From Verrucomicrobiota bacterium (GTDB lineage Bacteria > Verrucomicrobiota > Verrucomicrobiia > Palsa-1439), in the NCBI GenBank assembly GCA_003152315.1, contig PLZV01000037.1:41679-105678 (forward strand): a stretch of DNA of 64,000 bases. Reading direction: 5' to 3'. Shown piece after piece: positions 47,883 through 58,430 of the stretch. Position numbers and translations under genes: made by a program. Position 1 is the first letter of the stretch. Every line of letters begins with the position of its first letter. The notes under the pieces are model-generated. The model was given only the letters and a program-made list of their open reading frames with translations. It made no database searches and was not told where the DNA came from.

Positions 47883-50800
47883 TCATTGCTGTGGGACGGG
47901 TTCGAGCGGCAATTCGCCGAGATCGAGCGGCGCGTCGCTATGACCACCGGGCAGGTCAGGGATGGTGAATTCGTGGACCAGGGAGGCGATGGGTTGACGG
48001 ACGATGGCTGCGCCATTGGTGTGCGGTTCGCCCCCCAAGGTAATGTGCAATTGGTATATGCCGGGTAATACATCCTCCACCCGGAACGATCCGTCGGCGC
48101 GAACTGCAAAGGGGTAGTTGCGGGCTGCCTTGGATGCCTCGTCGTACGCTCTACCCTCGTCGGAGTTGTCCCACGTTTCCTGCCATTGTTTGCCGAAGGC
48201 GCGTTTCTGGTCGTCGGTCATCGCTTGCCAATTGTTTGGTAGCGTTGGTTGGGGCAGTTCGGGCAGTTTTGTGCGCAGTTCGCTGAAATCACACGCGGTC
48301 CAATCAACGTTCCGTTCGAACCCAGCGGGAACTACGAGCTGGCCGATCACCGGCTGTCCCGTGCCGCCGATGGTCACATGCGCGATTTGGCCGCGTTCGG
48401 TCCGGAGGTAAACGTTGTGGGTCGTGGTATAGGAACGGTCATTGATGCAAATCGATCGTCCGACAGAAACGTTACCACTGGGCACACGATCCATCACGAA
48501 GTGGCCGGTGTCGTCAGTCATGGTGTAGCCCTCGAACATAACGCTGGGACGGTCGGATTGCCGCGACCAATCGCCCCAGAGCTCAACCCTCTGTTTGACG
48601 GCAGGCCGGCTGCCGATATACATATCGCCTTCGATGCGCGCCCAAGGTTCAAGACGCAGGTCGGGGAGTACGCCGGGGTGTTCGCAGGCGGCTTGGGCGT
48701 AACCGGTGTCATGCAGCGCGGTCACCAGAAACGGCTTGTTGGTCGGGGCAAACTTGAAGCGACCTTCCGCATCGGTGCGAGTAATCCGAGGGTCGCTGCC
48801 TCCGATTGGTCGCATGGGCTTGCCGTCACCGCTCTGGTCCACGCGTCTGTTCACGACGTCGAGTGGCGGACCGGGCAGGACGAGAAGGACATCGGCGTTC
48901 GTGGCGGGTTGTCCATTCGGGGTTCGGACAACCCCTTGAATCCAGGCGGCCCGTGTGAGTTTGAAGTTGTGCACAAAAGACTCGCTATCCTGGTCGAAAG
49001 GCGGAGAAATCTCCCCAGCGTAACCCTCCGCGTCGGCTCGAAGGAAGTATAAGTATTCGCCTGGGAACGCCACGTTCCACTGGTACTGGCCACCCGAAAA
49101 GCTGTGTTGCTCGTTTTCCATCCAGTACGGCTCTTCTCCCTCTGCGAAGAATCGGCCAGGCGTGACTGTAAACGACGCGATGGGTTGTCCCGTGTCCGCA
49201 TCCGTGACCGAACCACGCGCGCTCAACGGTGGTCGGAGCGTCACCACGTTGTTCGTGGAGTTGGGAGACAGATCGAGGTCGTTCACTACTCTGTAGCCCT
49301 CCTTGAGAAAGTCGCACTGCACATTGTCGGCAGGCGCATCGGTCCATTCGAAAACGCCATTGGTGCCCGTAGTCGTGTGCCAGCTCAAGAACTGCATGGT
49401 GCGCCAGGTGTCGACGGACACATCCACGCCGGGCAGGGGATTCCCCTGCGTATCGACCACGAGACCGCGGATGACGTGGCCGGATTCGAGGCGAAAATTG
49501 AACGGCCCACTGTCGGTGCCCGCCTCAATGCTCTTCAAATCCGGAGCGAAACCGCGGGCCTGAACAAACAAAAACGTATTCCCGCTCTTCGCGTTGTTGA
49601 ATCGAAACGCTCCCGCGGGGTCCGTGGTGGTCTTGAGCGAGTCACTAATGGACCGGTGTGATCCCAGCCCGACGAACGCCCCGGCTATGGGCCGACCTTG
49701 CATATCAAACACTCCGCCGGACACGGTGAATCCCTTCTTCATCACCAGTTCCGCCGTCATGTCACGCAGCTTTTCATCCGGCAATCTGTCGTTGTCCGGA
49801 GAACCGGGGCGCCGCGTCACCACATAATCCGGGTGGCTCAGAAGAACTCCCACACCACTCAAGTCGGCTGGCGCCTGGTCAAATCGCCACCTTCCGAAAC
49901 CGTCGGTTATGGCCTGCTTGAAAAACCACTGGTCAACAAAGATCTGTCCATTCTTGCCATAGGAGTCGTCGTTCAAATACACGGAAACCTTTGCGCCCGC
50001 GATCGGTCTGCCTTGCTCATCTTGAACAACACCCCCGATGGACCCGGCAGGTTCCAGCGCGAACGTAAATTCCTCCGGTATTTGGAATCCTCTAAATTGC
50101 GCATCCCACATTACCTCCAACGGCACGAAATCATCTTTGTCTGCCGATATTGTCAGCCGCGACGGATCTTTCTCGGGAAGTTCAGTGTGAAAGCGACCGT
50201 CCTTGTCTGTGCTTCCGACAGACTTCTGGTAGTCGCGTTGCACGACGATCTGAACGCCGGCCAACGGCTGTTTTGTTCGTTGCTCCAGCACATGGATGTT
50301 GATGACGCGTTTGGACAGGGCTTCGTTTGTGGCGGTCACACTGCTGCCAACGGCCGGCGAGGACGGCGTGATGACCCGGGCCCGTGCGGCCACACCGGTC
50401 TCCGCAAGCATGGGTGGAGCCACCTCGGGCCGGGGACGGGAGACTGTGTTGACAGCCAGAATCGCTGCGGCAACGGTCGCGGCAGAAATGCCGGCAACAA
50501 GGTTCACTTTTGCCCACCGCCAGGCTCTGAGGGTCTCGCGCGCCAGTTGCGGCAGGATGGCTGCGGGAGAGGTGCTGGCGATGGAGACCTTCAACACGCT
50601 GGCAGCCAGAGTCGTGGGGGCCGCATTCACAGTTTGTTCGGCCAGGACCCCAACCAGGGCCACGCCTCCAAGGATCACACCACGTTTGGTCAGGAATCCC
50701 CGCATTTTCTCGACGGCGCGTAGGACACGTTTCTTGGCGGCTTCCTCGCTCAGGCCGAGACGTTCTCCCACTTCGCGCAACGGCTTCTTTTCATAAAACC

Positions 50801-51221
50801 GCAACAAGATTGCGGAACGGTCGGTCTCCGAAAGGGCGGCCACCGCCTGATCGAGGTGCGGCGTGAGTTGGTTCCAAAGTATCTCGTTGTCGTCGGATGA
50901 AGTGGTGGAGCTCATGGTCAAAGCAATTTGTTCACGGGCTTTGCGACGGTATTCGGTACGGAGGGCACGAGAGGCTACAAAACGAGTCGTGCGGAAGAGC
51001 CAGCCGGCCAGGATCGTGCCAGGGCGTAGGTTGCCGGCCTTGTGGGCCAGTAGGACGAAAACAGATTGGGCCACGTCCTCGGCCAGATGCGGATCCCGCA
51101 CCTGGCGCAGAGCCGCCGAATGAACCCAGTTGAGGTGGCGTTGTACGAGTTCGGCGAACGCCGTTTCCGAACGGTCCTTTGCGTAGGCCTGAAGCAATTC
51201 CCAATCGCTCATCGTGTGCAT
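47883..51221 (-). CDS. ECF sigma-70 family factor fused to TM segments and a large extracytoplasmic domain with carboxypeptidase-regulatory-like beta-sandwich repeats
   Basis: First about 185 aa carry sigma70 regions 2 and 4 (DVAQSVFVLL...; LSETDRSAILLRFYEKKPLREVGERLGLSEEAAKKRV). Two TM helices follow, then repeats such as GVQIVVQRD...DGRFH, GAKVSVYLND, GAFVGLGSHRS...AGAFRF. Confidence 0.65.
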   Translation of the reverse strand: MHTMSDWELLQAYAKDRSETAFAELVQRHLNWVHSAALRQVRDPHLAEDVAQSVFVLLAHKAGNLRPGTILAGWLFRTTRFVASRALRTEYRRKAREQIALTMSSTTSSDDNEILWNQLTPHLDQAVAALSETDRSAILLRFYEKKPLREVGERLGLSEEAAKKRVLRAVEKMRGFLTKRGVILGGVALVGVLAEQTVNAAPTTLAASVLKVSIASTSPAAILPQLARETLRAWRWAKVNLVAGISAATVAAAILAVNTVSRPRPEVAPPMLAETGVAARARVITPSSPAVGSSVTATNEALSKRVINIHVLEQRTKQPLAGVQIVVQRDYQKSVGSTDKDGRFHTELPEKDPSRLTISADKDDFVPLEVMWDAQFRGFQIPEEFTFALEPAGSIGGVVQDEQGRPIAGAKVSVYLNDDSYGKNGQIFVDQWFFKQAITDGFGRWRFDQAPADLSGVGVLLSHPDYVVTRRPGSPDNDRLPDEKLRDMTAELVMKKGFTVSGGVFDMQGRPIAGAFVGLGSHRSISDSLKTTTDPAGAFRFNNAKSGNTFLFVQARGFAPDLKSIEAGTDSGPFNFRLESGHVIRGLVVDTQGNPLPGVDVSVDTWRTMQFLSWHTTTGTNGVFEWTDAPADNVQCDFLKEGYRVVNDLDLSPNSTNNVVTLRPPLSARGSVTDADTGQPIASFTVTPGRFFAEGEEPYWMENEQHSFSGGQYQWNVAFPGEYLYFLRADAEGYAGEISPPFDQDSESFVHNFKLTRAAWIQGVVRTPNGQPATNADVLLVLPGPPLDVVNRRVDQSGDGKPMRPIGGSDPRITRTDAEGRFKFAPTNKPFLVTALHDTGYAQAACEHPGVLPDLRLEPWARIEGDMYIGSRPAVKQRVELWGDWSRQSDRPSVMFEGYTMTDDTGHFVMDRVPSGNVSVGRSICINDRSYTTTHNVYLRTERGQIAHVTIGGTGQPVIGQLVVPAGFERNVDWTACDFSELRTKLPELPQPTLPNNWQAMTDDQKRAFGKQWQETWDNSDEGRAYDEASKAARNYPFAVRADGSFRVEDVLPGIYQLHITLGGEPHTNGAAIVRQPIASLVHEFTIPDLPGGHSDAPLDLGELPLEPVPQQ

Positions 51222-51329
51222 TGTCCTCTACCTATAAGTCCCCGCCAATGCCAAAAGGGGACAACGCTTTGGCTGGAATGTTCGACCGAGTTCGGGCAGA
51301 GTACGGTCGAGTGAATTCGGGAGGTGCTC

Positions 51330-52373
51330 ATGGACGAAGCGAAACGCGCGCGGCATTTTGCCAGTGACAACAACTCTGGGATTTGTCCCGAGGTGTGGGC
51401 GGCGCTGGCGGAGGCCAATACGGGACATGTTACCGGTTACGGCGACGACCCGTGGACCGAGAAGGCGAAGCAATACGTCCGCGACCTTTTCGAGGTTGAC
51501 TGCGAAGTGTTCTTTGTTTTCAACGGCACGGCAGCCAACTCGTTGGCGCTCGCCAGCATGTGCGATTCCTACCACAGCGTGATTTCCTTCGATTACTCGC
51601 ATGTGGTGACCGACGAGTGCAATGCGCCGGGGTTTTTCGCGCCCGGCGTGAAGATGCAGCCCGTCAGCGGCGAAAATGGCAAGATCGAGCCCGACGCCAT
51701 CGATCGCGCAGCGCGATCGCGGCGCGATGTGCACGCGTCGATGCCGCGCGCGGTGAGTCTCACGCAAGCGACGGAACTCGGCACGGTGTACACGCCTGAT
51801 GAGTTGGCCGGGATTACGAAGACGGCGCGCGATTTGGGTCTGTACGTGCACATGGACGGCGCGCGGTTCGCGAACGCTGTGGCGAGTTTAGGTGTGAAAC
51901 CGCGCGAGATTTCATGGGAGATGGGCGTGGACGTTCTCAGCCTCGGTGGCACCAAAAACGGAGGAGTGGGGGGCGACGCCGTCGTGTTCTTCAATGAGAA
52001 TCTCCCGCAGAACTTTCTCTACCGCTGCAAACAATCGGGTCAACTCGCCTCAAAGATGCGTTTTCTCGCGGCACAATGGATCGGGTTGCTGCAGGATGGC
52101 GCGTGGTTGCGAAACGCGAAGAACGCGAACAGGGCCGCGGCGCTCCTCGATACGCAACTGCGCGGCCTGCCGGGCGTGCGCATCCTTTACCCGCGCCAAG
52201 CGAATGCGGTGTTCGTGGACATGCCGGGGCCCGTGTTGGATGGTTTGCACGAGCGCGGCTGGCATTTCTACGCGGACGTCGGTCCGGGGGGCGCGCGCTT
52301 GATGTGTTCGTGGGACTCGATGGCGGAAGATGTCGAGGCGTTCGTGCGCGACGTGGTCGATTTGTCGAAGTAA
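51330..52373 (+). CDS. threonine aldolase / beta-eliminating lyase family PLP enzyme (low-specificity L-threonine aldolase-like)
   Basis: N-terminal FASDNNSGICPEV. Overall fold-type I PLP pattern. GGGAGG ribosome-binding site before the ATG at 51330. Confidence 0.7.
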   Translation: MDEAKRARHFASDNNSGICPEVWAALAEANTGHVTGYGDDPWTEKAKQYVRDLFEVDCEVFFVFNGTAANSLALASMCDSYHSVISFDYSHVVTDECNAPGFFAPGVKMQPVSGENGKIEPDAIDRAARSRRDVHASMPRAVSLTQATELGTVYTPDELAGITKTARDLGLYVHMDGARFANAVASLGVKPREISWEMGVDVLSLGGTKNGGVGGDAVVFFNENLPQNFLYRCKQSGQLASKMRFLAAQWIGLLQDGAWLRNAKNANRAAALLDTQLRGLPGVRILYPRQANAVFVDMPGPVLDGLHERGWHFYADVGPGGARLMCSWDSMAEDVEAFVRDVVDLSK

Positions 52374-52395
52374 GGCAACGCGGTTACTCTGAATC

Positions 52396-54486
52396 ATGAG
52401 CGGGCTTACGCAACGGAAGTCAGTTCGCGTCCTCTTCGACGAATACCACAGCGAAAGCTGGTCGATCTCCGAGGCGCGGGCCCGCGAGATGCAGCCGGAG
52501 TATCCGCTTAATTCATCGTATCAAATCGCCGCCGACACACTTGCCGCGAGCGATTTCACGATCCACCGCAACCTCAACAAGCCGTTGCAGCGCGACGTGC
52601 TCGGCGGAGCGGATGTGTTAGTGCTCCTGCATCCCTGCGACCCGAAGTGGGAACGCACCACCTCGGCGAATTCGCCACGGCTGTCAGAGCAGGAAATTAC
52701 CGACATCCAGGAATTTGTCCGCGCGGGCGGCGGCTTGCTCGTCATTTCCGAGTACGAGCACGACAAGTACGGCGACAATCTCAACGACCTGCTCGTGCCG
52801 TGTGGGCTGCGCATTGAGAATGCAACCGTGTTTGACACCGTGGCGCGTGTCCACGACAACCCGGCCTGGTTCTTTGCCGAGCCGGTGGCGGAGGACACGC
52901 AGCTCGCGCACTTCGTCAAGCGCGCGTGCTTCTATCAGGCAGGCACGTGCACGGCTTCCGGAGACGCGCGCATCGCCTGGCGCACCGGCGCGACCGCGGT
53001 GCCGCGACACGCGGGTGTGATTGGGACGGCGGAATTCGGTAACGGGCGCGTGGTGGTGGTGACGGATTCACTGCTCTTCGGCGATAACCACATTCGTGAG
53101 TTCGATCACCAGCAACTGTGGCGCAACGTCATGTATTGGTGTTCCGCGCCGACGTTTGCGCGCAGTGTCGTGCCAGCGACGCCATCGGTCGCCACGAAAT
53201 CGGGCGCATGGTCGTCACTGAAGGGGGCGGTCAACGCGTTGCGCATGCTCCAAGACCCGGACGGAAGCATCACCTTCGAGAAGCACGAGGAAGCGGGGCA
53301 TCTTGCGCAGGCGGCGGCGGGGGCGGTGCAAGCGTTGGCGCCGTCATTCCCGCATGAGGCGGATCACCTCAACCAAGTGGTGCTCGATTTCGACACGTGG
53401 ATGGGTGGAGGTTTCAAGAAGCCTGATTTTGGGAAGTCGCTGGCGTTGTTCAATCCGCAACTGCAGCGGCGCGACAGGGTTGAGCACCTGTGGGTGATGC
53501 CGATGTACACGCCGAATGCGTCGATGGATTGGCGTTTCGAGGCGATGATCTACCGCGTCCCGTGGCCCGACTGGCTCGCGGAGCTGGAGCGAACGCAATA
53601 CCAGAACGGAAAGATCGTGCCCGGTCATTTCGTGGATTTTACCGAGGGTTACAATAGCGAATGCGCCGTACTGTTTCCCGAGACGGTGTCGGTGGCGGGG
53701 AAGGGGACGAACAATTTCGCGACGATCTTTTGCGACCGTGAGGCGAAGCGTTATCAACGGATAGTTATCAGGGCGGCGGGTCTCACGCGGCTCGAAATGC
53801 ATCCGCAGTTGGAATGTTTTTTCAATTCGCCGCCGCTCATCATAGATACTTACGCGTTGTGGGACCTGATTCACGACAAATCGCACAGTGTCGGCGAACT
53901 GCCGTTCGACCCGTTCATGATCCGCCAGCGCGCCCCGTTTTGGATGTACGGGCTGGAAGAGTTACGGGTGGATTTGCGTGCGTTCTGCGAAGCGACGCGG
54001 CTGGCACAGGAAGGTTTCCCGTTCGCGCATTACGTGACCTACGCGGTGCTCTTTGACCGCATCTTCCGCTTCCCGATCACAGGCACACGTGTGCGTAATT
54101 ACGATGGCTTGGGCGGGCAACTTCTGTTCGCCTACCTGCACCAACACGACATTCTTATCTGGCACGACAACCGTCTCGCGGTCCGCTGGGACAAGCTTTA
54201 CGAGGGCATCGACGGCTTGCGTCAGGAACTGCTGGCGCTCTACAAATTCGGCTCCGACGCCTCGAAGATGAGTTTCTGGCTCGCCGCACACGATTTGATT
54301 TCGCGATACGTCCCGCCGAACGTTGCCTCGAAGTGGAAGAAAGACTCCCGCGCCATCACCGACGAGAGTGATCCCAAGAAATGGATCGACCTCGTCCACC
54401 CCGACGAATTCCCGCTCGGGAACTTCCACGCGAATTTGCAGAAGAAGATGGCGAGTGGGAAGGGATTGTATCCTCCGTTCGCATAA
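52396..54486 (+). CDS. hypothetical cytoplasmic protein; N-terminal region possibly class-I glutamine amidotransferase-like (ThuA-like)
   Basis: No signal peptide. Conserved-looking N-terminal VLVLLHPCDP...GGGLLVISEYEHD. Function not assignable. Confidence 0.5.
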   Translation: MSGLTQRKSVRVLFDEYHSESWSISEARAREMQPEYPLNSSYQIAADTLAASDFTIHRNLNKPLQRDVLGGADVLVLLHPCDPKWERTTSANSPRLSEQEITDIQEFVRAGGGLLVISEYEHDKYGDNLNDLLVPCGLRIENATVFDTVARVHDNPAWFFAEPVAEDTQLAHFVKRACFYQAGTCTASGDARIAWRTGATAVPRHAGVIGTAEFGNGRVVVVTDSLLFGDNHIREFDHQQLWRNVMYWCSAPTFARSVVPATPSVATKSGAWSSLKGAVNALRMLQDPDGSITFEKHEEAGHLAQAAAGAVQALAPSFPHEADHLNQVVLDFDTWMGGGFKKPDFGKSLALFNPQLQRRDRVEHLWVMPMYTPNASMDWRFEAMIYRVPWPDWLAELERTQYQNGKIVPGHFVDFTEGYNSECAVLFPETVSVAGKGTNNFATIFCDREAKRYQRIVIRAAGLTRLEMHPQLECFFNSPPLIIDTYALWDLIHDKSHSVGELPFDPFMIRQRAPFWMYGLEELRVDLRAFCEATRLAQEGFPFAHYVTYAVLFDRIFRFPITGTRVRNYDGLGGQLLFAYLHQHDILIWHDNRLAVRWDKLYEGIDGLRQELLALYKFGSDASKMSFWLAAHDLISRYVPPNVASKWKKDSRAITDESDPKKWIDLVHPDEFPLGNFHANLQKKMASGKGLYPPFA

Positions 54487-54577
54487 TAAATAGACCTGCG
54501 GTATTCCGGCTAGAATACGGAACATCTAACTGCTCTGGTACGGAGTGCCGCTAAAGTTCGAAGCCAAAAATTAGGCA

Positions 54578-55828
54578 ATGAGCGAACTGCTTGAGCAAAG
54601 TATCGAGCGAAAACGTCAGGAGGCGATTAGAACTGGTGTCGCTCTCGCGAAGTTGCTGACGCCCGACGAAGCTGCTTTTTGGAAAGAACAGCGACGGCAG
54701 AGGGCAAACGCCAACCTTAGACTTTCGTATGCACGCAATCGCGATAAAGAAATCGCTAATCAAGTCCGCAAACAACGAACACCAGAAGGTAAAGCAGTTA
54801 AAGTTTACTTTAACACGCTAGCCCGCGCTCGCCGGTGGCACGATAAAGAACTGGAAGCGGCACTGCTTGAAGAAAAGATATTAAAGGGAAAGGCTGCGCT
54901 TGTAGATGTCCCGGCAATCATGCGCCGACTCGGACGCGGTCGCAAATGGCGGATCAAACCTCCTGTACAGCCAGAACTGCCCAAAGAGGAGCGGCGATCA
55001 AAATTCAGTCGGCTGACACGCGAAACGATATTTGAACGAACCAAGGGCGGCGAAACGGCGCTTCACCGCGCCGTAAAGTCCGGGAAGCTCGCGGATGTGC
55101 CACGTGGAGCTTTTTCTCTGGAAATCTTCCTAGCACAAAACGATTTTGGTAGAACGCCGCTTCATTATGCTGCCCATTTCGGTTGTTTGAGTCAGATTCC
55201 GCGAGAGTATTTAACTAACCAGACTCTTTCAGTGAAGAATCGGTATGGAAGCACTCCAGTACATATCGCCGCAGAGGACGGACACCTAGACCAGATTCCA
55301 TCCGAACTTTTAACGCAAGAGTTAATGGAGATCTCGAATATTGGTCTCGCAACGCCGCAATTTATTGCGGACTGGAAGAGGCAGAACCCAGGAGTGCCGG
55401 TCCCATACAGGGAATGGCGATACGTCGGCGGTGAACGGAAGGCAGTAGATGTATCTGAATTTGATGCAGGCAACGGGTGGTGGCGTGAAGATGCGATTTC
55501 TCTTAGGCAGAAGGCCGTGCTGCTGTTCTTCGGGCGGTCAATCCAAGGGCTTACGAAGGGACAGGCAGCCGATGTCATTAATGAAATCTATGTTGCTCCC
55601 GGGAAGAAAGAACAGTGGGAGTCGGCCAAGCGCGCCGACATCAGTCAGTTCAAGGGCACGAAACTATACGCCTTCATTCGTCGAAAAGCCGAAGAGGATT
55701 GGGAGGACTTTGAGGGGGAGACACTTGACGAAGCATTACGGCGAATCGATGACTTTGAACCATCCGAACAAGAAGAAGAACTAGCGGAGCTTGAGCGATG
55801 GCTTAACTCAGAAGATACCCGCTGGTAG
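54578..55828 (+). CDS. ankyrin-repeat protein with N-terminal basic coiled-coil region
   Basis: GETALHRAVKSG..., GRTPLHYAAHFGCLSQIP..., GSTPVHIAAEDGHLDQIP ankyrin consensus repeats. Confidence 0.65.
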   Translation: MSELLEQSIERKRQEAIRTGVALAKLLTPDEAAFWKEQRRQRANANLRLSYARNRDKEIANQVRKQRTPEGKAVKVYFNTLARARRWHDKELEAALLEEKILKGKAALVDVPAIMRRLGRGRKWRIKPPVQPELPKEERRSKFSRLTRETIFERTKGGETALHRAVKSGKLADVPRGAFSLEIFLAQNDFGRTPLHYAAHFGCLSQIPREYLTNQTLSVKNRYGSTPVHIAAEDGHLDQIPSELLTQELMEISNIGLATPQFIADWKRQNPGVPVPYREWRYVGGERKAVDVSEFDAGNGWWREDAISLRQKAVLLFFGRSIQGLTKGQAADVINEIYVAPGKKEQWESAKRADISQFKGTKLYAFIRRKAEEDWEDFEGETLDEALRRIDDFEPSEQEEELAELERWLNSEDTRW

Positions 55829-55872
55829 CCAAACACAGCTTCACTAGCAAAATTGAACTAACCCGTGATCCT

Positions 55873-56382
55873 TCAATGACGTTGCTGCCCAAGGTGACAA
55901 ATCTGTTTCTTCAAATCGTTACACAGTGCTTCAAACTCCAAGAGTGCTTTGTCAAAAGGCTGTGAGAACTGCCGCGTTGGCACGTTCATTTCGTATGCTT
56001 GCTTAAAATTCCTCTGCATGTCGCTGACGGCTTCACGTGACTTCAAGATGGTTTGGAACCTCCCAAGAAGGTGGGGAAAATAGATACTGATGAGCATCTG
56101 CATAATCTCATAGTGCCCGGGCGTCGGGTGTTTGTCAGCCGCGTTAATGTCGAGCACTTTGTCGTATTTCATCTCGCCATTCATTACCCGTGGCCAGAGC
56201 ATATTTCGCGATACGAAAGTTGTGCAGTACCCGTGAGCCGCCAGAAATAACTCTTCAAGTTTTTTGCGTCTAAACTCGCGCTCCTGCCTTCGTTCAGTAA
56301 ATTTGTGGGCCACGAATGCGGCTATAACTCCACTGCCTAAAACGGTCGCTAATGACAACGCAATTTGTGTTTGCGGATTCAT
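55873..56382 (-). CDS. hypothetical single-pass membrane protein
   Basis: N-terminal TM (IALSLATVLGSGVIAAFVAH). ATG at 56382 with a GAGGA ribosome-binding site. Confidence 0.4.
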   Translation of the reverse strand: MNPQTQIALSLATVLGSGVIAAFVAHKFTERRQEREFRRKKLEELFLAAHGYCTTFVSRNMLWPRVMNGEMKYDKVLDINAADKHPTPGHYEIMQMLISIYFPHLLGRFQTILKSREAVSDMQRNFKQAYEMNVPTRQFSQPFDKALLEFEALCNDLKKQICHLGQQRH

Positions 56383-57173
56383 TGAGTCCTCATACAACCG
56401 TGCCGTCCGGGAAGACTTTTGTGTCGCGCAGCCATTTGAGGTTATCGCCAAAGAGCAGCCGGTTCATGCAGGCTTTGTAGCACGGTACGGTTGGTCGTGG
56501 CAATCCGAAACCCAGTAAGGCACGCTCTTAGTTAAGTATCTGTAATAGATAATTTGGCTGGACATCGCCTGGTAGAATGGGTATAGTCGCCACGGTTCTT
56601 TGACATCCGCCTTTGCCGAGGCCGTGGCGGACAAGAGGGCAAACACCCCTCACCTTAATCCTTTGCCGTATACGACAACGGGTTTGCTGCGGGAATACGA
56701 CGTGCAGCGTGTCGTCAGACTCCGCTCCGTCCAACTCGGCTCCCCCCAAGGGGAGAGGAGATGTTCTGTGTGGATAAGGGGCCAAGAGAGGGCGAAGTTT
56801 TTCGGGGAGGGAGGGGGCGCGAAAACATGCGTTTCTGCGAAACGAAGCCAATTGGGAAATGCTCTAGATCGTATGTAGTACTTTGTGGCAGAATAAGTTA
56901 ACAACATTACAGAATTCTGACAAATGGCTTCGTTTTCCGTGAAAACCACGTCATGGTGTCCACTCCCGCTGGTGCTGCGCCAGTCTTCATTTGGCATGTA
57001 GTCGTACCGTTTAGAGTGCGCAGGCTGAAGCCTGCGGCTACAAGGCCTACCCCCAAATGAACTGTGATGAAGCACCAGTACCGCGCCCGTTCTTTTCACA
57101 CTTGGCAGGTTGTTGTCACGTGGCTGTTGCTTTGGTTTAGGAAACTAATTGGCAAGGAGGCGGGGAACGGGAC

Positions 57174-57425
57174 ATGAACTACGTGAGCCAGGTATGCGAG
57201 GTCGGGATGATGAGATTTACATTGCGAGAGGATAATGAGCCGGAATTCCTGGGGCGCGCTGCCGAGGAGATTCTTCAATTGCCCAGCGTGTTGCGGGTCC
57301 GCACGAATCCCGCGCGGCAGGAGATTGAGATCACGTTCAAACAGCCGGCCGAGGGGCTGTTGCGGCAGGTGAACAATGCGCTGCGGTTGGTCGGCACGGA
57401 GATGACGGCGTCGAAGGTGCGTTAA
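57174..57425 (+). CDS. hypothetical small protein
   Basis: AAGGAGG ribosome-binding site upstream. 83 aa, no motif. Confidence 0.35.
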   Translation: MNYVSQVCEVGMMRFTLREDNEPEFLGRAAEEILQLPSVLRVRTNPARQEIEITFKQPAEGLLRQVNNALRLVGTEMTASKVR

Positions 57426-57446
57426 CGCGCGCCGTGGCGTTTTGGG

Positions 57447-57734
57447 TCACTTCAAGTCGGGGTTCTGTTTGATGAACTCGCAGAGCTTTTCCTTGAGCGC
57501 GGGCGGCATGGGCGCCTCGGGCAGGCCGTGATGATGCGTGACCATGATCGTGCGCCGATAGCTATTCACGTAGTCGAGACAGGGGGAGCAATTGCCGATG
57601 TGCTTCTCCAGTTTGCGATGAGTCTCGGGGGTGAGTTCGCCTTCGACGAACTCGAAGAGCAGTTGCTTGGTGTGCGAGCAGGCGTCCGGGCGCAAGAGAC
57701 GCTTCCAGAGACTCGTGATTAGTTTCATGCTCAT
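57447..57734 (-). CDS. zf-HC2-type anti-sigma factor (ChrR-like, cytoplasmic zinc finger)
   Basis: HIGNCSPCLDYVNSYRRT...HH, the Hx3Cx2C zinc-finger signature. ATGA-coupled to the upstream ECF sigma gene. Confidence 0.6.
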   Translation of the reverse strand: MSMKLITSLWKRLLRPDACSHTKQLLFEFVEGELTPETHRKLEKHIGNCSPCLDYVNSYRRTIMVTHHHGLPEAPMPPALKEKLCEFIKQNPDLK

Positions 57735-58366
57735 GATTTCTGTATGTCCTGCCCATTTAGGTATGGCAGCAATGCTTCACGAAGCGCCAAGCGTGCCCGA
57801 TGCAGGCGGCTTTTCAACGCGGGCTCGCTGAGGCCGGTTTCCTGCATGACTTCCGCCATCGGCAATTCCTCCACGTCGCGCAGGAGGACGGCGACACGGT
57901 AGGGTTCCGGCAGTTGGTCGATCGCGGCGCGGACCTGCTCGCCGAGTTCACCGGTCATCGCCACCTTGTCGGGAAGCGGTCTCTTGTCGCTCAACTGCAA
58001 CGCGGGCAGGGGCGCGTCATCATCGTCGGACCCGACGGCGTCGAGCGAGATGTCGTTCTCGCGCCGTTTCTTCTTACGCAACGCCATCAGGCCCGCGTTG
58101 GCGGTGACGCGATAGATCCAGGAGGTGAAGGCGGATTTGCCCTCGAACGAGCCGATCTTGTTCCAGATGGAAACGAGAGCATCCTGCATGACCTCGCGCG
58201 CGTCGGACTCATTGCGCATGAACTGGAGGGCAACGCCATACATCTTCGCGCCGTGGACATGGACCAACTCCTCCAAAGCAGATTTATCACGCTGCTTGAG
58301 GCGCGCGACCAACTGAACGTCATCGATTTGTGTGTCTGGTTTCGACATGAGAATGGGCACGACCAC
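57731..58366 (-). CDS. ECF-type RNA polymerase sigma-70 factor
   Basis: Region 2 (DALVSIWNKIGSFEGKSAFTSWIYRVTANAGL) and region 4 (YRVAVLLRDVEELPMAEVMQETGLSEPALKSRLHRAR). Confidence 0.8.
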   Translation of the reverse strand: MVVPILMSKPDTQIDDVQLVARLKQRDKSALEELVHVHGAKMYGVALQFMRNESDAREVMQDALVSIWNKIGSFEGKSAFTSWIYRVTANAGLMALRKKKRRENDISLDAVGSDDDDAPLPALQLSDKRPLPDKVAMTGELGEQVRAAIDQLPEPYRVAVLLRDVEELPMAEVMQETGLSEPALKSRLHRARLALREALLPYLNGQDIQKS

Positions 58367-58430
58367 GCTGCCAGAACACTTGATGCACTAAAATGCGCGC
58401 AGTTTCAAGTCTGATAAGCGTTCGCCAATC

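Noticed and set aside
54486-54577. Possible terminator hairpin gtattc-cggcta-gaatac after the 52396-54486 gene
   Set aside because: 6-bp stem without a following T-tract; too weak to call.
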